From an uncultured bacterium (GTDB lineage: Bacteria; Acidobacteriota; Thermoanaerobaculia; Multivoradales; JAHZIX01): DNA of 33,958 nt. Made by a program: the position numbers and the translations under genes. Each line of letters begins with the position of its first letter. Position 1 is the stretch's first letter. Location of the stretch: assembly GCA_965368975.1 (NCBI GenBank), contig CBDUPA010000034.1, positions 1 to 33,958 on the forward strand, read 5' to 3'. Under the pieces are notes generated by a model. The model was given only the letters and a program-made list of their open reading frames with translations. It searched no databases and had not been told where the DNA came from. Of the stretch, positions 1 through 8,640 are shown piece by piece.

Positions 1-2
1 CG

Positions 3-1328
3 GTGACGTACACACCGACCGCGGACTACAACGGTTCGGACTCGTTCACCTACACCATCGACGACGGCAACGGTGGCACCGCCATTGGCACGGTCAACGT
101 GACGATCACGGCCGTCAACGACGCACCGACGGCGAACGCGGACGCTACGACGACGCAGGTCAACAAGACCGTCACCATCGCAGTCCTCCTCAACGACACC
201 GACGTCGACGGTCCGTCTCTGACCATCAACGCGGTGACTCAAGGCACCAACGGTAGCGTTACCAACAACGGCGACGGCACCGTGACCTACGATCCGAACA
301 ACGGCTTCAAGGGGACGGATACCTTCACTTACACCGTCAGCGACGGCGCGGGTGGTTCCAACATAGGTAATGTCACCGTCTCCGTCGACGCACCGCCGCG
401 CGTCAGTCCGGATCTGCAGGTGCTCTACGACTTCGACGAAGGCACCGGTAGCACCGTCAATGACATCTCCGGCGTTGGCACACCGGTGGATCTGACCATC
501 CAGAACACCGCCAACGTGACCTGGCTAACCGGTGGATTGTCCGTCGACAGCGCCACCCTCATCACCTCCGGCAGCGCGCCGACCAAGGTCATCACGGCTT
601 GCCAGGCGAGTGACGAGGTCACCGTCGAGGCTTGGGTTCTGGCGGATAGCACCAGCCAGTTCGGACCGGCGCGGATCGTCAGCATCTCGGACAAGCCGAG
701 CAAGGTGGACGTCAGCCTCAACCAGGAAGGTGGTGAGTTCAACTTCGCCGTGCAGACGACCTCGACCAACGGCAGTGGACACACATCCACTTCTGGGACT
801 GGAACTGTTGGCATCGTCGACTTGCAGCACGTGGTCTACACCCGTGACAGTGGTGGAACGGTGCGGATTTACATCGATGGCGTCGAGGTCGCGACCGACA
901 GCATCGGCGGGACGTTCAACCGCTGGCGTAACTATCCGTTGAACCTGGTCAACGAGTCGACCAACAACCGTGCGTGGCTCGGTGAGCTGCACCTGGTGGC
1001 GATCTACAGCCGCGCGCTGACGGCCGCCGAGGTGGAGCAGAACTACTACGCCACTGAGACGGCTGTGGGCGATCCGGTCGCCTTCGACGACAGCGCTTCG
1101 ACTACGATCAATACCGCGGTCAACGTCGCCGTGCTGGCCAACGACAACCGCGCGATGGATGTGACGGCTGTCACGCAGGGCGGCAACGGTTCTGTAGTTC
1201 TGAACGGCGATGACACCGTTACCTACACCCCCAACGCTGGCTTCACCGGCGCCGACGCCTTCACCTATACAGTGAGCGATGGTGCGGGCGGGACGGATAC
1301 CGCGACGGTGACCGTCGTGGTGCAGTAG
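3..1328 (+). CDS. Large surface/secreted protein, C-terminal part only (5' end outside the window): cadherin-like Ig repeats (Big_9/tandem-95 type) flanking a LamG/concanavalin A-like jellyroll domain
   Basis: Frame open from the window start. Repeats of 'TYTP...G.D.FTYT(I/V).DG.GG...G.V.V' and 'NDAP.A.AD'. Central domain 'LYDFDEGTGSTVND...TVEAWV...QHVVYTRD...RIYIDG...LGEL...AIYSRALTAAEV' matches LamG-like folds. Stop TAG at 1326-1328. Confidence 0.85.
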   Translation: MTYTPTADYNGSDSFTYTIDDGNGGTAIGTVNVTITAVNDAPTANADATTTQVNKTVTIAVLLNDTDVDGPSLTINAVTQGTNGSVTNNGDGTVTYDPNNGFKGTDTFTYTVSDGAGGSNIGNVTVSVDAPPRVSPDLQVLYDFDEGTGSTVNDISGVGTPVDLTIQNTANVTWLTGGLSVDSATLITSGSAPTKVITACQASDEVTVEAWVLADSTSQFGPARIVSISDKPSKVDVSLNQEGGEFNFAVQTTSTNGSGHTSTSGTGTVGIVDLQHVVYTRDSGGTVRIYIDGVEVATDSIGGTFNRWRNYPLNLVNESTNNRAWLGELHLVAIYSRALTAAEVEQNYYATETAVGDPVAFDDSASTTINTAVNVAVLANDNRAMDVTAVTQGGNGSVVLNGDDTVTYTPNAGFTGADAFTYTVSDGAGGTDTATVTVVVQ

Positions 1329-1360
1329 TCGGCTTGACGATGGCTCTCCCAGGGTCTAGG

Positions 1361-1394
1361 GCCGCCGCCGCGGGTAGGTCGGTGGCGGTTTGTC
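1361..1394 (+). terminator. Possible intrinsic terminator or stem-loop after the surface-protein gene
   Basis: GCCGCCGCCG (1361-1370) pairs with CGGTGGCGGT (1380-1389), giving 10 bp with two G-U pairs and a 9-nt loop. Only a short T tract follows. Confidence 0.4.
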
Positions 1395-1587
1395 GTATCG
1401 GCTACGGCGTTCACTTGGCGCAGTCGTCGGGGCAGATTCGCGGCCAGAGAGCTTCGTCCTTCACGCCTTCTCGGGTAGAGTTGAAGAAGGTCAGTGGGTG
1501 TTCCCCTGGCCGTCGTGTTTGCTTGTCGGACCCCATTCCACTTCGTTCAGCTTCCGCCGGGAACTCAACGCAGAAATGGAGGATGAC

Positions 1588-2814
1588 ATGGGCGTTGAGA
1601 CAGGCACACTGATACTCAAGACGGGCGAGAAGTCCGAGGCGGTCAAGAATCTCGACAGGTTGCTCAAAGAGCACGAGGGTTGGGAGGACGATCTACTGGC
1701 TTCCCTCGCCGAGGCCAAGCGATTGGCAGTCGCGGCGGACGTTCCGGGAGCCGAGAAGTTCCCGGTTACGCGGAAGGACTACAACGCGTACCTGAACGGC
1801 TTTGTCGCCTGGATCCCGGGCACGCACTTGCAGCCCCGCAACGTGGCCGAAGACTTTGACTTCGACCGCGATGCCTACTATGAACTCTGCAAGTTCTACT
1901 GGCTGTTGGACCAACCGACAGGACGCAAGCTGCAAGAGCACGAGGATTTCAAGGACTGGATGGTTGGCGTTGCAAGGGAGTGGGGGGAGTTCTGCGACAC
2001 GCCGAAGTCGATCACCGAGGAATCCTTGTTCTATCTCGCCAGCGACCCGAGGTACAACATTAAGCAGTACATGCGCAAGCTGGATCATAAGCCGACGGGT
2101 TGGTCACTTCCCGACCCAGCGGTCAATCCCACGGCTTGGTGGGTACCGAGCAACCCGAGCGGCTGGTGCACCTTCAACCAGTTCTTCGCCCGTGAGGTCA
2201 ATCCCGGTCTGCGACCGGTAGCGGGCTGCTTCGACGACAGCATCGTCGTATCGCCAGCGGACTCGACCTTCGTCGAGAGGTTCCCGATCGACGAGCACTC
2301 CGAGATCGTCGTCAAGCACACCCACACCTACAACGTGATGGAGCTACTGGAGGGGAGCGCATATCGCGACGCGTTCAAGGATGGGCTGTTCATGCACAGC
2401 TTCTTGAACCCCTATGACTATCATCGCTTCCATGCTCCAGTACGCGGAACGGTGTTGGAGTCGCGGGAGATCCTGGGCGAGGTCTACCTTGATGTGCAAA
2501 TCCAGGGCGACCAGCTGTATGCCACCGACGGCACGGGCTACCAGTTCACGCAGCAGCGTGGCCTGATCGTCTTCGATTCTCCAATCGGACTGGTGGCGGT
2601 GCTGCCGATCGGCATGGCGCAAGTCTCGTCCGTCAACATGATTGCGGTCGAGGGCGCCTACATGAACAAGGGCGAGGAGTTCGGCTACTTCACGTTCGGT
2701 GGCTCCGACATCATCCTGTTGTTCCAAGCCGAGAGCGACGTCGTGCTGACGGCGGCGCCGGACATCCACTACAACACTGGCATGTGCATCGGGGAGGTCC
2801 CCAGGTGCCGCTAG
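1588..2814 (+). CDS. psd: Phosphatidylserine decarboxylase family proenzyme (pyruvoyl-dependent, no evident membrane anchor)
   Basis: Motifs TFNQFFAR, VVSPADS, FLNPYDYHRFHAPVRG, GMAQVSS and KGEEFGYFTFGGSD (autocleavage GG/S). GGAGGA at 1578-1583 precedes ATG 1588. The ORF-track start at 1390 is probably too far upstream. Confidence 0.85.
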   Translation: MGVETGTLILKTGEKSEAVKNLDRLLKEHEGWEDDLLASLAEAKRLAVAADVPGAEKFPVTRKDYNAYLNGFVAWIPGTHLQPRNVAEDFDFDRDAYYELCKFYWLLDQPTGRKLQEHEDFKDWMVGVAREWGEFCDTPKSITEESLFYLASDPRYNIKQYMRKLDHKPTGWSLPDPAVNPTAWWVPSNPSGWCTFNQFFAREVNPGLRPVAGCFDDSIVVSPADSTFVERFPIDEHSEIVVKHTHTYNVMELLEGSAYRDAFKDGLFMHSFLNPYDYHRFHAPVRGTVLESREILGEVYLDVQIQGDQLYATDGTGYQFTQQRGLIVFDSPIGLVAVLPIGMAQVSSVNMIAVEGAYMNKGEEFGYFTFGGSDIILLFQAESDVVLTAAPDIHYNTGMCIGEVPRCR

Positions 2815-3091
2815 CAGGTCTGTGGCAGAAGTTGAGCAGCTGCCGGCGCAGCCACGCTGGCAGCTGCTTCCGTCTGGACCGCCGTGGTGAAGGCAAGAGG
2901 TGGTTGGGTTTGGGGGCCAGAAGAACGTACGTGATGGGACGATTCTGCTTGTGAGGGAGTCTCTTGAAGAGGGCGGTACGTAGAGCTAGGGGGTATGATC
3001 GCCTGCAAACCTCCACCGCGGCTAGTGCGTACTAAGAGCAGCGTGCGATGGCCTGGAGAACTCGAGAACGTCTTGGGCGAGAGGAGAGAGC

Positions 3092-4612
3092 ATGGAACAG
3101 TCGGCGGATCGCAAAGAAGTACTCGTTCGCCACTTGCAGCGTGCTCTGACTTGGCGGCTGGCGGCGGGGCCGGCGCTGCGGTATTCGATGCTGTGGTTGC
3201 TGGCCTGGGCGACGCTCAGCCTGATCTTGCGTGCTGGCTTCGAGATTCCGGTCATCTGGCTGCTCTGGGGTGGCGTAGGCTTGGTGGTGGCGCTGGCTTG
3301 GGCCTGGCGCGAGGCTCGAGCACGACGACCGGACGCTTCGGCGCTGCGGGCGCTGCTCGACGACTACAATGACGCCGGAGGTTTGTTGCTGGCGGGGGCG
3401 GAGACCTCGCTGGGAGCTTGGCAGCCGCGACTCGGTGATGTGCAAGCGCCGCGACTGCGCTGGCGCGGCGCGGCGCGGCAGTGGGGGCAACTGGTTGGGG
3501 CGGTGATCTTTCTCGCCGTGTGCTTGTGGGTGCCGGTGACCAGCGTCGGCAGCACGCGCGGCGCGCTGCAGGTGGATCGCCAGGTGGACGAGCTGAGCGA
3601 ACGGATCGAGGCGTTGGAAGAGGAAGAGGTGCTGGAGCCGGAGCGGGCCGAGGCGCTGCGCGAAGAGCTGGAACAGTTGCAGCAGCAGGCCGACGGCGAG
3701 GATCCCGGCACCACTTGGGAGGCGCTCGACCACCTCGACGACATGACGCAGCAGGCGGCGGACGAGGCTGCAGAGGCGGCGCTGGCGGAGGGCGAGAAGC
3801 TGGCGTCGGCGGAGGCGCTGGCGCAGGCGTTGGCGGAGGGCATGGAGGCCGGCAGTCTGGACGCGCAGGCGATGGGGGAGGCGATGGCGGACCTGTCGAA
3901 CCTGCTCGGGGCCGGCCAGGACAACCGTACGCCGCGTCCGACGCTGCCCGAAGAACTGGCGTCGGCGTTGCAGCAGGGCGAGCTGTCGGCCGAACAGCTG
4001 CGCCAGCTGGCGCAGGCGTTGTCGAGCGACCGCCAGGCGATGCAGCAGGCGCTGCAGCGGCTCAACGAAGCAGGCATGATCGACGCCGAGACGCTGCAGC
4101 AGCTGCAGGCCATGGACGGCACGGCGTCGCAGGATCAGCAGCTCTCCGACTTCCTGGAGCAGGAGCTGCGCGAGCAGCAGGCGCGGCGTCAGTGTGAGGG
4201 TGGCAACTGTCCGCTCGGTGAGGGCGGCAGTTGCCCGAATCACGGGGATAGCTCGAGCCCTGGCAACAGCCGGCCGGGCCAGGGAGGGGTGTCACGCGGC
4301 CGTGGCGATGCGCAGATGAGCTGGACGGAGGCAACGGCCGAAGGGGACGAACGCTTCCAGGCGATCGCGCTGCCGCCCGGCGCGCTGAACGCGGCGCGTA
4401 GCCAGGTGATCGACGTGACGCTGGCGGCGCCCAGCAGCAATGCCGGTACGGCCGCGACGGCTTCGGCCGGCGGTGTGCTGGCGGCTGGCGAGGGGGGTGG
4501 TTCGGCGGTCACTGGCGAGGTGTTACCGCGTCATCGAGCGGCGGTGAAACGGTATTTCGAACACGGCCGGAGTCGGGGTACCGCGCCCCCATCGGTGCCG
4601 GATGTGCCGTAG
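3092..4612 (+). CDS. Membrane-anchored coiled-coil hypothetical protein, first gene of the MoxR/vWA operon
   Basis: AGGAG RBS before ATG 3092. Three hydrophobic N-terminal segments, then a long E/Q/A/L-rich heptad region and a Gly-rich linker. C-terminal 'PRHRAAVKRYF' tail is typical of MoxR-operon accessory proteins. Confidence 0.75.
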   Translation: MEQSADRKEVLVRHLQRALTWRLAAGPALRYSMLWLLAWATLSLILRAGFEIPVIWLLWGGVGLVVALAWAWREARARRPDASALRALLDDYNDAGGLLLAGAETSLGAWQPRLGDVQAPRLRWRGAARQWGQLVGAVIFLAVCLWVPVTSVGSTRGALQVDRQVDELSERIEALEEEEVLEPERAEALREELEQLQQQADGEDPGTTWEALDHLDDMTQQAADEAAEAALAEGEKLASAEALAQALAEGMEAGSLDAQAMGEAMADLSNLLGAGQDNRTPRPTLPEELASALQQGELSAEQLRQLAQALSSDRQAMQQALQRLNEAGMIDAETLQQLQAMDGTASQDQQLSDFLEQELREQQARRQCEGGNCPLGEGGSCPNHGDSSSPGNSRPGQGGVSRGRGDAQMSWTEATAEGDERFQAIALPPGALNAARSQVIDVTLAAPSSNAGTAATASAGGVLAAGEGGGSAVTGEVLPRHRAAVKRYFEHGRSRGTAPPSVPDVP

Positions 4613-4630
4613 ATCGATGTGCCGTAGATC
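4601..4630 (+). repeat. Perfect 15-bp tandem duplication GATGTGCCGTAGATC x2 spanning the stop codon
   Basis: 4601-4615 is identical to 4616-4630. The first copy contains the TAG stop at 4610-4612. Confidence 0.9.
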
Positions 4631-4743
4631 TTCATCGGACTCGAGGCGGGCCTGAGCCGCTTCGGAACCAGGACCGGTCGCACGGAGTCCAGGTTCCTAG
4701 ACAGGTACTGAGGGCTAGACTGGCAATGAGGGAAGGAGACGGA

Positions 4744-5907
4744 ATGAGCGAGACGCAGGAGGCCGAATCGCAGGAGGCCCAATCGCGGCAGACCCAATCG
4801 CGGCAGACCCAATCGCGGCAGACCCAATCGCGGCAGACCCAGCCGCGGCAGAATCAGCCGCAGCAGACCCAGCTATTGCAGCCGGAGGAGTTAGCGCCGG
4901 CGGTGGCGCAGGCGCGGCGTCTGCTGGCCGAGCTGGATCGCATCCTGCTCGGGCGCGAGGACTTCCACCGACGCGTGCTGACCGGCATCTTGAGCCGGGG
5001 ACACATTCTGCTCGAGGGTATGCCCGGGGTTGGCAAGACGGCGCTGGTCAAGGCGCTGGGGCAGCTGTTGCAGCTCGAGTTCAAGCGCGTCCAGTTCACA
5101 CCCGACCTGATGCCGGGCGACATTCTCGGTAGCCATATCCTGCAAGCCGGCGACGACGGCAGTCGCGACATGGTGTTTCGCCCGGGTCCCATCTTCACCC
5201 ACTTGATGCTGGCCGACGAGATCAACCGCGCCTCGCCGAAGACGCAATCGGCGCTGCTGGAAGCGATGCAGGAACGCTGCGTGACGCTGCTCGGCACTAC
5301 TCGCGAATTGCCGGCTCCGTTCTTCGTCCTGGCGTCGCAAAACCCGATCGAGCTGGAGGGCACGTATCCGCTGCCCGAGGCGCAGCTCGACCGCTTTCTC
5401 TACAAGTTGGTGCTGGGGCCGGCCGATGCCAGCGTGCTGGAGTCGATCATCACCAGCCGACGGCACGGTACGCCGCCCCTGCCCGACTGGCACCTGAGCG
5501 GTGATGAGTTGCGGCAGCTGTTCGACGTCGTTGATCGGGTCTACCTGGCGCGACCGGTCGCGCGCTACATCGCGCGGCTGGTCAGCGCCAGCCATCCGGG
5601 CGCCGCCGAGGCACCGGTGGAGGTGAAGCAGTACGTGCAGCACGGGGCCTCGCCGCGTGCCGCTATCGCGATCGCCGAAGCGGCGCGAGCCGAGGCACTG
5701 CTCAGTGACCGGCCGACGGTGGGCTTCGAGGACGTCAAGGCGGTGGCGGCGTCGGTGCTGAATCACCGCCTGATCCTGTCCTATCCGGCGCGCTTCGACG
5801 GTGTCGACACCTTCACCGTGGTCGAGGCTCTGCTGGCCTCGATCGACGAGGCGGGGCTGAACTTGCCGCCGGAGGTGGAGCTCGCGGCCGCGGGGCCGGC
5901 GAGTTGA
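4744..5907 (+). CDS. moxR: MoxR-family AAA+ ATPase
   Basis: LLEGMPGVGKT (Walker A), RVQFTPDLMPGD, LADEINRASPKTQSALLEAMQE, NPIELEGTYPLPEAQLDRF, GASPRA. AAGGAG at 4733-4738 precedes ATG 4744 (alternative ATG 4726). Confidence 0.95.
   Translation: MSETQEAESQEAQSRQTQSRQTQSRQTQSRQTQPRQNQPQQTQLLQPEELAPAVAQARRLLAELDRILLGREDFHRRVLTGILSRGHILLEGMPGVGKTALVKALGQLLQLEFKRVQFTPDLMPGDILGSHILQAGDDGSRDMVFRPGPIFTHLMLADEINRASPKTQSALLEAMQERCVTLLGTTRELPAPFFVLASQNPIELEGTYPLPEAQLDRFLYKLVLGPADASVLESIITSRRHGTPPLPDWHLSGDELRQLFDVVDRVYLARPVARYIARLVSASHPGAAEAPVEVKQYVQHGASPRAAIAIAEAARAEALLSDRPTVGFEDVKAVAASVLNHRLILSYPARFDGVDTFTVVEALLASIDEAGLNLPPEVELAAAGPAS
4778..4867 (+). repeat. In-frame 15-bp VNTR encoding (QSRQT)n at the MoxR N-terminus
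   Basis: CCCAATCGCGGCAGA x4 perfect copies (4778-4837) plus two degenerate copies to 4867. Related degenerate units continue upstream to about 4755. Confidence 0.9.
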
Positions 5908-7646
5908 GGGCCCAAAGCCTCGGAGTGCTCGCCGGGCTGTTGCTGCTGACGTCTGTCGGGCCGCCCAGCCTGGCGCGCAATCCGCAGTTTCGCTACGGTG
6001 ACGTCGAGGCGACCGTCCTCGACGCGACGCCAGAGTCGTCGCGCTACGGCTACAGTGAGGCGCGCTATCGCTTGCGCAACCACTCGGCGGCGACGGCGCA
6101 CCGTGTCGAGCTGTTGCTACCGGACGTGGCGGTGGCCCAGACGGCGCTGGCCCAGGTGTCGCGCGAGGTCGAGCTGGCCCCCGGTGCCACCGTCGAGGTC
6201 TCGCTGCTGCAACCACCGTTGAGCAGCTACGGCAACGGTACCGGCGTGGTGATCGACGGAACCCGTCAGAAGGAGCTGCTGAGTACCTTCCCGGCCTATG
6301 GTCTCGGCGCCAGGATGGTGCTGGCCAGTCGTTCGATCGCGGCTGGCGATCTGGATGCGGCCTTGAAGCTCGGACCCGGGCAGGAGTTCGACCTGGTGAC
6401 CAGTCCGCTGGCACCGGACAACTGGTCCGAAGACTGGTTGGCTTACGCGGGCTTTTCCGGCGTCGTGCTGAGTGAGCACGAGCTGGGGGCATTGCGCTCG
6501 GGGGCACGGGCGGCCTTGGGCCAGTACCTGTCGGCCGGGGGGGTCGTCCTGGTGCTGGGAGCCGGCGAGGGGAGTAGTTTTCGCCAGACTCTACCCGTGG
6601 CGCCTCGGGCGTGCCCGGGCGTGCCGGGGATGACGTGCTCGACCGTCGGCTTCGGTGAGCTGCTGGAGACCTCGACGGACAGCGGCGTGGTCCTGTCGGC
6701 GGCCGAGTCGACACGCGTGCAGCAGGCCTGGGAGCACACGTTCGGCGCCTGGTCCAAGCAGGCGTATGGTTCTCAGATGGCCGAGCGCCGCTTTCCCGTG
6801 CTCGGCGAGGCGTTGTCGGTGCCGGTGCGTGGGCTCTTCTTGGTGTTGCTCTTGTTCGCCATCGTCGTTGGACCACTGAATCTGTCTTGGCTGCGCAAGC
6901 GCAAGCGACGCATGTGGGTACTGTGGACGGTGCCGGTCATCTCGGCCGTGACCTCGTTGGTGGTGCTGACCTACGCCATGCTGGCCGAAGGTGTGACCCG
7001 CTACGAGCGGGCCGAGGGCATCACGCTGCTCGACCAGGATCGGCACGTGGCGCTGAGTCTGGGCCGCCTGGCCTTCTATGCACCGCTGGTGCCCGGTGAC
7101 GGACTGCATTTCTCGACCTCGACGCTGCTGCTACCGGAAGAGGAGAGCACTTCACTGGGCCGTACCCTGGACTGGTCGCAGGACCAACACCTGGAGCGCG
7201 GCTGGATCCTGGCGCGGCTGCCGGCGCACTTCGTGGTGCGCAAGGTCGAGCGTCGGCGCGAGCGTCTGGAGTTGCGCGTCACCGGTAGCGTGCTGGAAGT
7301 GGTCAACGGCCTCGGCGCCGAGATCCGGGAACTCTGGTTGATGGACGAAGCGGGGGCGCTGCATGTGGCGGTCGGATCGATCCCCGCGGGGGCGCCGGCG
7401 CAGCTGGTACAGGCGCGGCCGCCGGACCCCACGCACCGCGCCCGCAGTACGCCGCGCGACCTGTTCAACGACGACTGGACCCACATTGACGATTGGGCCC
7501 GCTCGGATGCCGAGAGCGTCTTGGTGCCCGGGAGCTACGTGGCTCTGTTGCAAGGATGGCCGTTCCTGGAGTCCGGTCTGGTCGATGCGCGCGAGACCCG
7601 CACGTCGACGGTGTACGGACGCTTCCAGCAAGGAGGTGTCCCATGA
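5904..7646 (+). CDS. Exported/membrane hypothetical protein with a class-I glutamine-amidotransferase-like segment and a transmembrane hairpin
   Basis: TTG start overlaps the moxR stop (TTGA). Signal-peptide-like N-terminus. 'WLAYAGFSGVVL...ALGQYLSAGGVVLVLG' is GATase-like. Two TM helices are separated by RKRKRR. Confidence 0.7.
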   Translation: MRAQSLGVLAGLLLLTSVGPPSLARNPQFRYGDVEATVLDATPESSRYGYSEARYRLRNHSAATAHRVELLLPDVAVAQTALAQVSREVELAPGATVEVSLLQPPLSSYGNGTGVVIDGTRQKELLSTFPAYGLGARMVLASRSIAAGDLDAALKLGPGQEFDLVTSPLAPDNWSEDWLAYAGFSGVVLSEHELGALRSGARAALGQYLSAGGVVLVLGAGEGSSFRQTLPVAPRACPGVPGMTCSTVGFGELLETSTDSGVVLSAAESTRVQQAWEHTFGAWSKQAYGSQMAERRFPVLGEALSVPVRGLFLVLLLFAIVVGPLNLSWLRKRKRRMWVLWTVPVISAVTSLVVLTYAMLAEGVTRYERAEGITLLDQDRHVALSLGRLAFYAPLVPGDGLHFSTSTLLLPEEESTSLGRTLDWSQDQHLERGWILARLPAHFVVRKVERRRERLELRVTGSVLEVVNGLGAEIRELWLMDEAGALHVAVGSIPAGAPAQLVQARPPDPTHRARSTPRDLFNDDWTHIDDWARSDAESVLVPGSYVALLQGWPFLESGLVDARETRTSTVYGRFQQGGVP

Positions 7647-7683
7647 CTGGACGATGCTCGACAGGCCAGTCGGAGAACGTGCA

Positions 7684-8640
7684 ATGAGACTCTCCGTCAT
7701 CGAATTGAGCCGACACTTCGGTCCTCTCAAGGCGGTCGACCAGGTGAGTTTCACCCTGGAGCCGGGTGAGATCTATGGCTTTGTCGGTCCCAACGGTGCC
7801 GGCAAGACCACCACCATGCGCATCCTGGCGACCCTCGACGAGCCGACCGGAGGGGATGTCTTTCTGGACGACATTTCGATCATCGAGCAGCCGGAGCTGG
7901 CACGCCAGCACGTCGGCTATGTGCCGGACAGCCTGCCCAGTCCACGCGGCATCACGGTCCACGATTTCCTCGATTTCTTCGCCCGCGCCTACGGCCTGCA
8001 CGGTGCGCACCGACAGCAGACGGTGCAGGAGATCGAGGAGTTCACCAATCTGCTGGGGCTGCGCGAGAAGATGGTCGCGGACCTGTCCAAGGGTATGAAG
8101 CAGCGCGTCAGCTTGGCGCGGGCGCTGGTGCACGAGCCGCGCATTCTGGTCATGGACGAGCCGGCCGCCGGCCTCGATCCGCGCGCCCGCGTCGAGCTGC
8201 GCGAGTTGCTGCGCGTGCTGGCCGAGCAGGGACGTTCGATCCTGATCAGCTCGCACATCCTCAGCGAACTGTCCGAGATCTGTCACGGCGCGGTGATCCT
8301 GGAGCGCGGCACCATCGTGCGGGCTGGATCGATCCAGGGATTGACGCAGGCAGGTCTGCCGCATCGCGAAGTGCACATCCGCGTGCTCGACGATGCCGAG
8401 CAGCTGCTCCACAAGCTACTCGCGGCGCCGGGCATCGAGACCGCGCGTCTCGACGGAGGTGGGCAGCAGGGAGCCGAGAGTGGCGGCAAGGTCGTCGCCC
8501 ACGTGACCGGCAGTGAAGACGACTGCGTCGATCTGCTGGGTCGCCTGGTGGCCGAGGGACACCGGGTGATCGAGTTCCACCAGCGGCGCGCCGACCTGGA
8601 GGAGATCTTCATGAGCTTGACCCGCGGGGAGGTGCAATGA
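7684..8640 (+). CDS. ABC transporter ATP-binding protein (ABC-2/DrrA-like exporter)
   Basis: Walker A GPNGAGKTT, signature LSKGMKQR, Walker B ILVMDEP, H-loop ISSH, C-terminal DLEEIFM. GGAGA lies 7 nt before ATG 7684 (alternative ATG 7654). Confidence 0.95.
   Translation: MRLSVIELSRHFGPLKAVDQVSFTLEPGEIYGFVGPNGAGKTTTMRILATLDEPTGGDVFLDDISIIEQPELARQHVGYVPDSLPSPRGITVHDFLDFFARAYGLHGAHRQQTVQEIEEFTNLLGLREKMVADLSKGMKQRVSLARALVHEPRILVMDEPAAGLDPRARVELRELLRVLAEQGRSILISSHILSELSEICHGAVILERGTIVRAGSIQGLTQAGLPHREVHIRVLDDAEQLLHKLLAAPGIETARLDGGGQQGAESGGKVVAHVTGSEDDCVDLLGRLVAEGHRVIEFHQRRADLEEIFMSLTRGEVQ

Noticed and set aside
1480-1550. Long imperfect hairpin upstream of the PSD-family gene as a riboswitch
   Set aside because: The pairing is interrupted and I recognise no aptamer consensus. 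An Rfam cmscan would be needed.
2964-2999. TTGAAG...TATGAT as the sigma-70 promoter of the MoxR operon
   Set aside because: The spacing is 24 nt, too long. The TATGAT alone is not enough evidence.
4891-6876. Long antisense ORFs (e.g. 4891-6876, 3032-4243, 8658-9899, 7465-8412, 21211-22341) and the many short ORFs in 28-34 kb
   Set aside because: These are R/P/A-rich shadow frames of well-supported genes in high-GC DNA, with no recognisable motifs.
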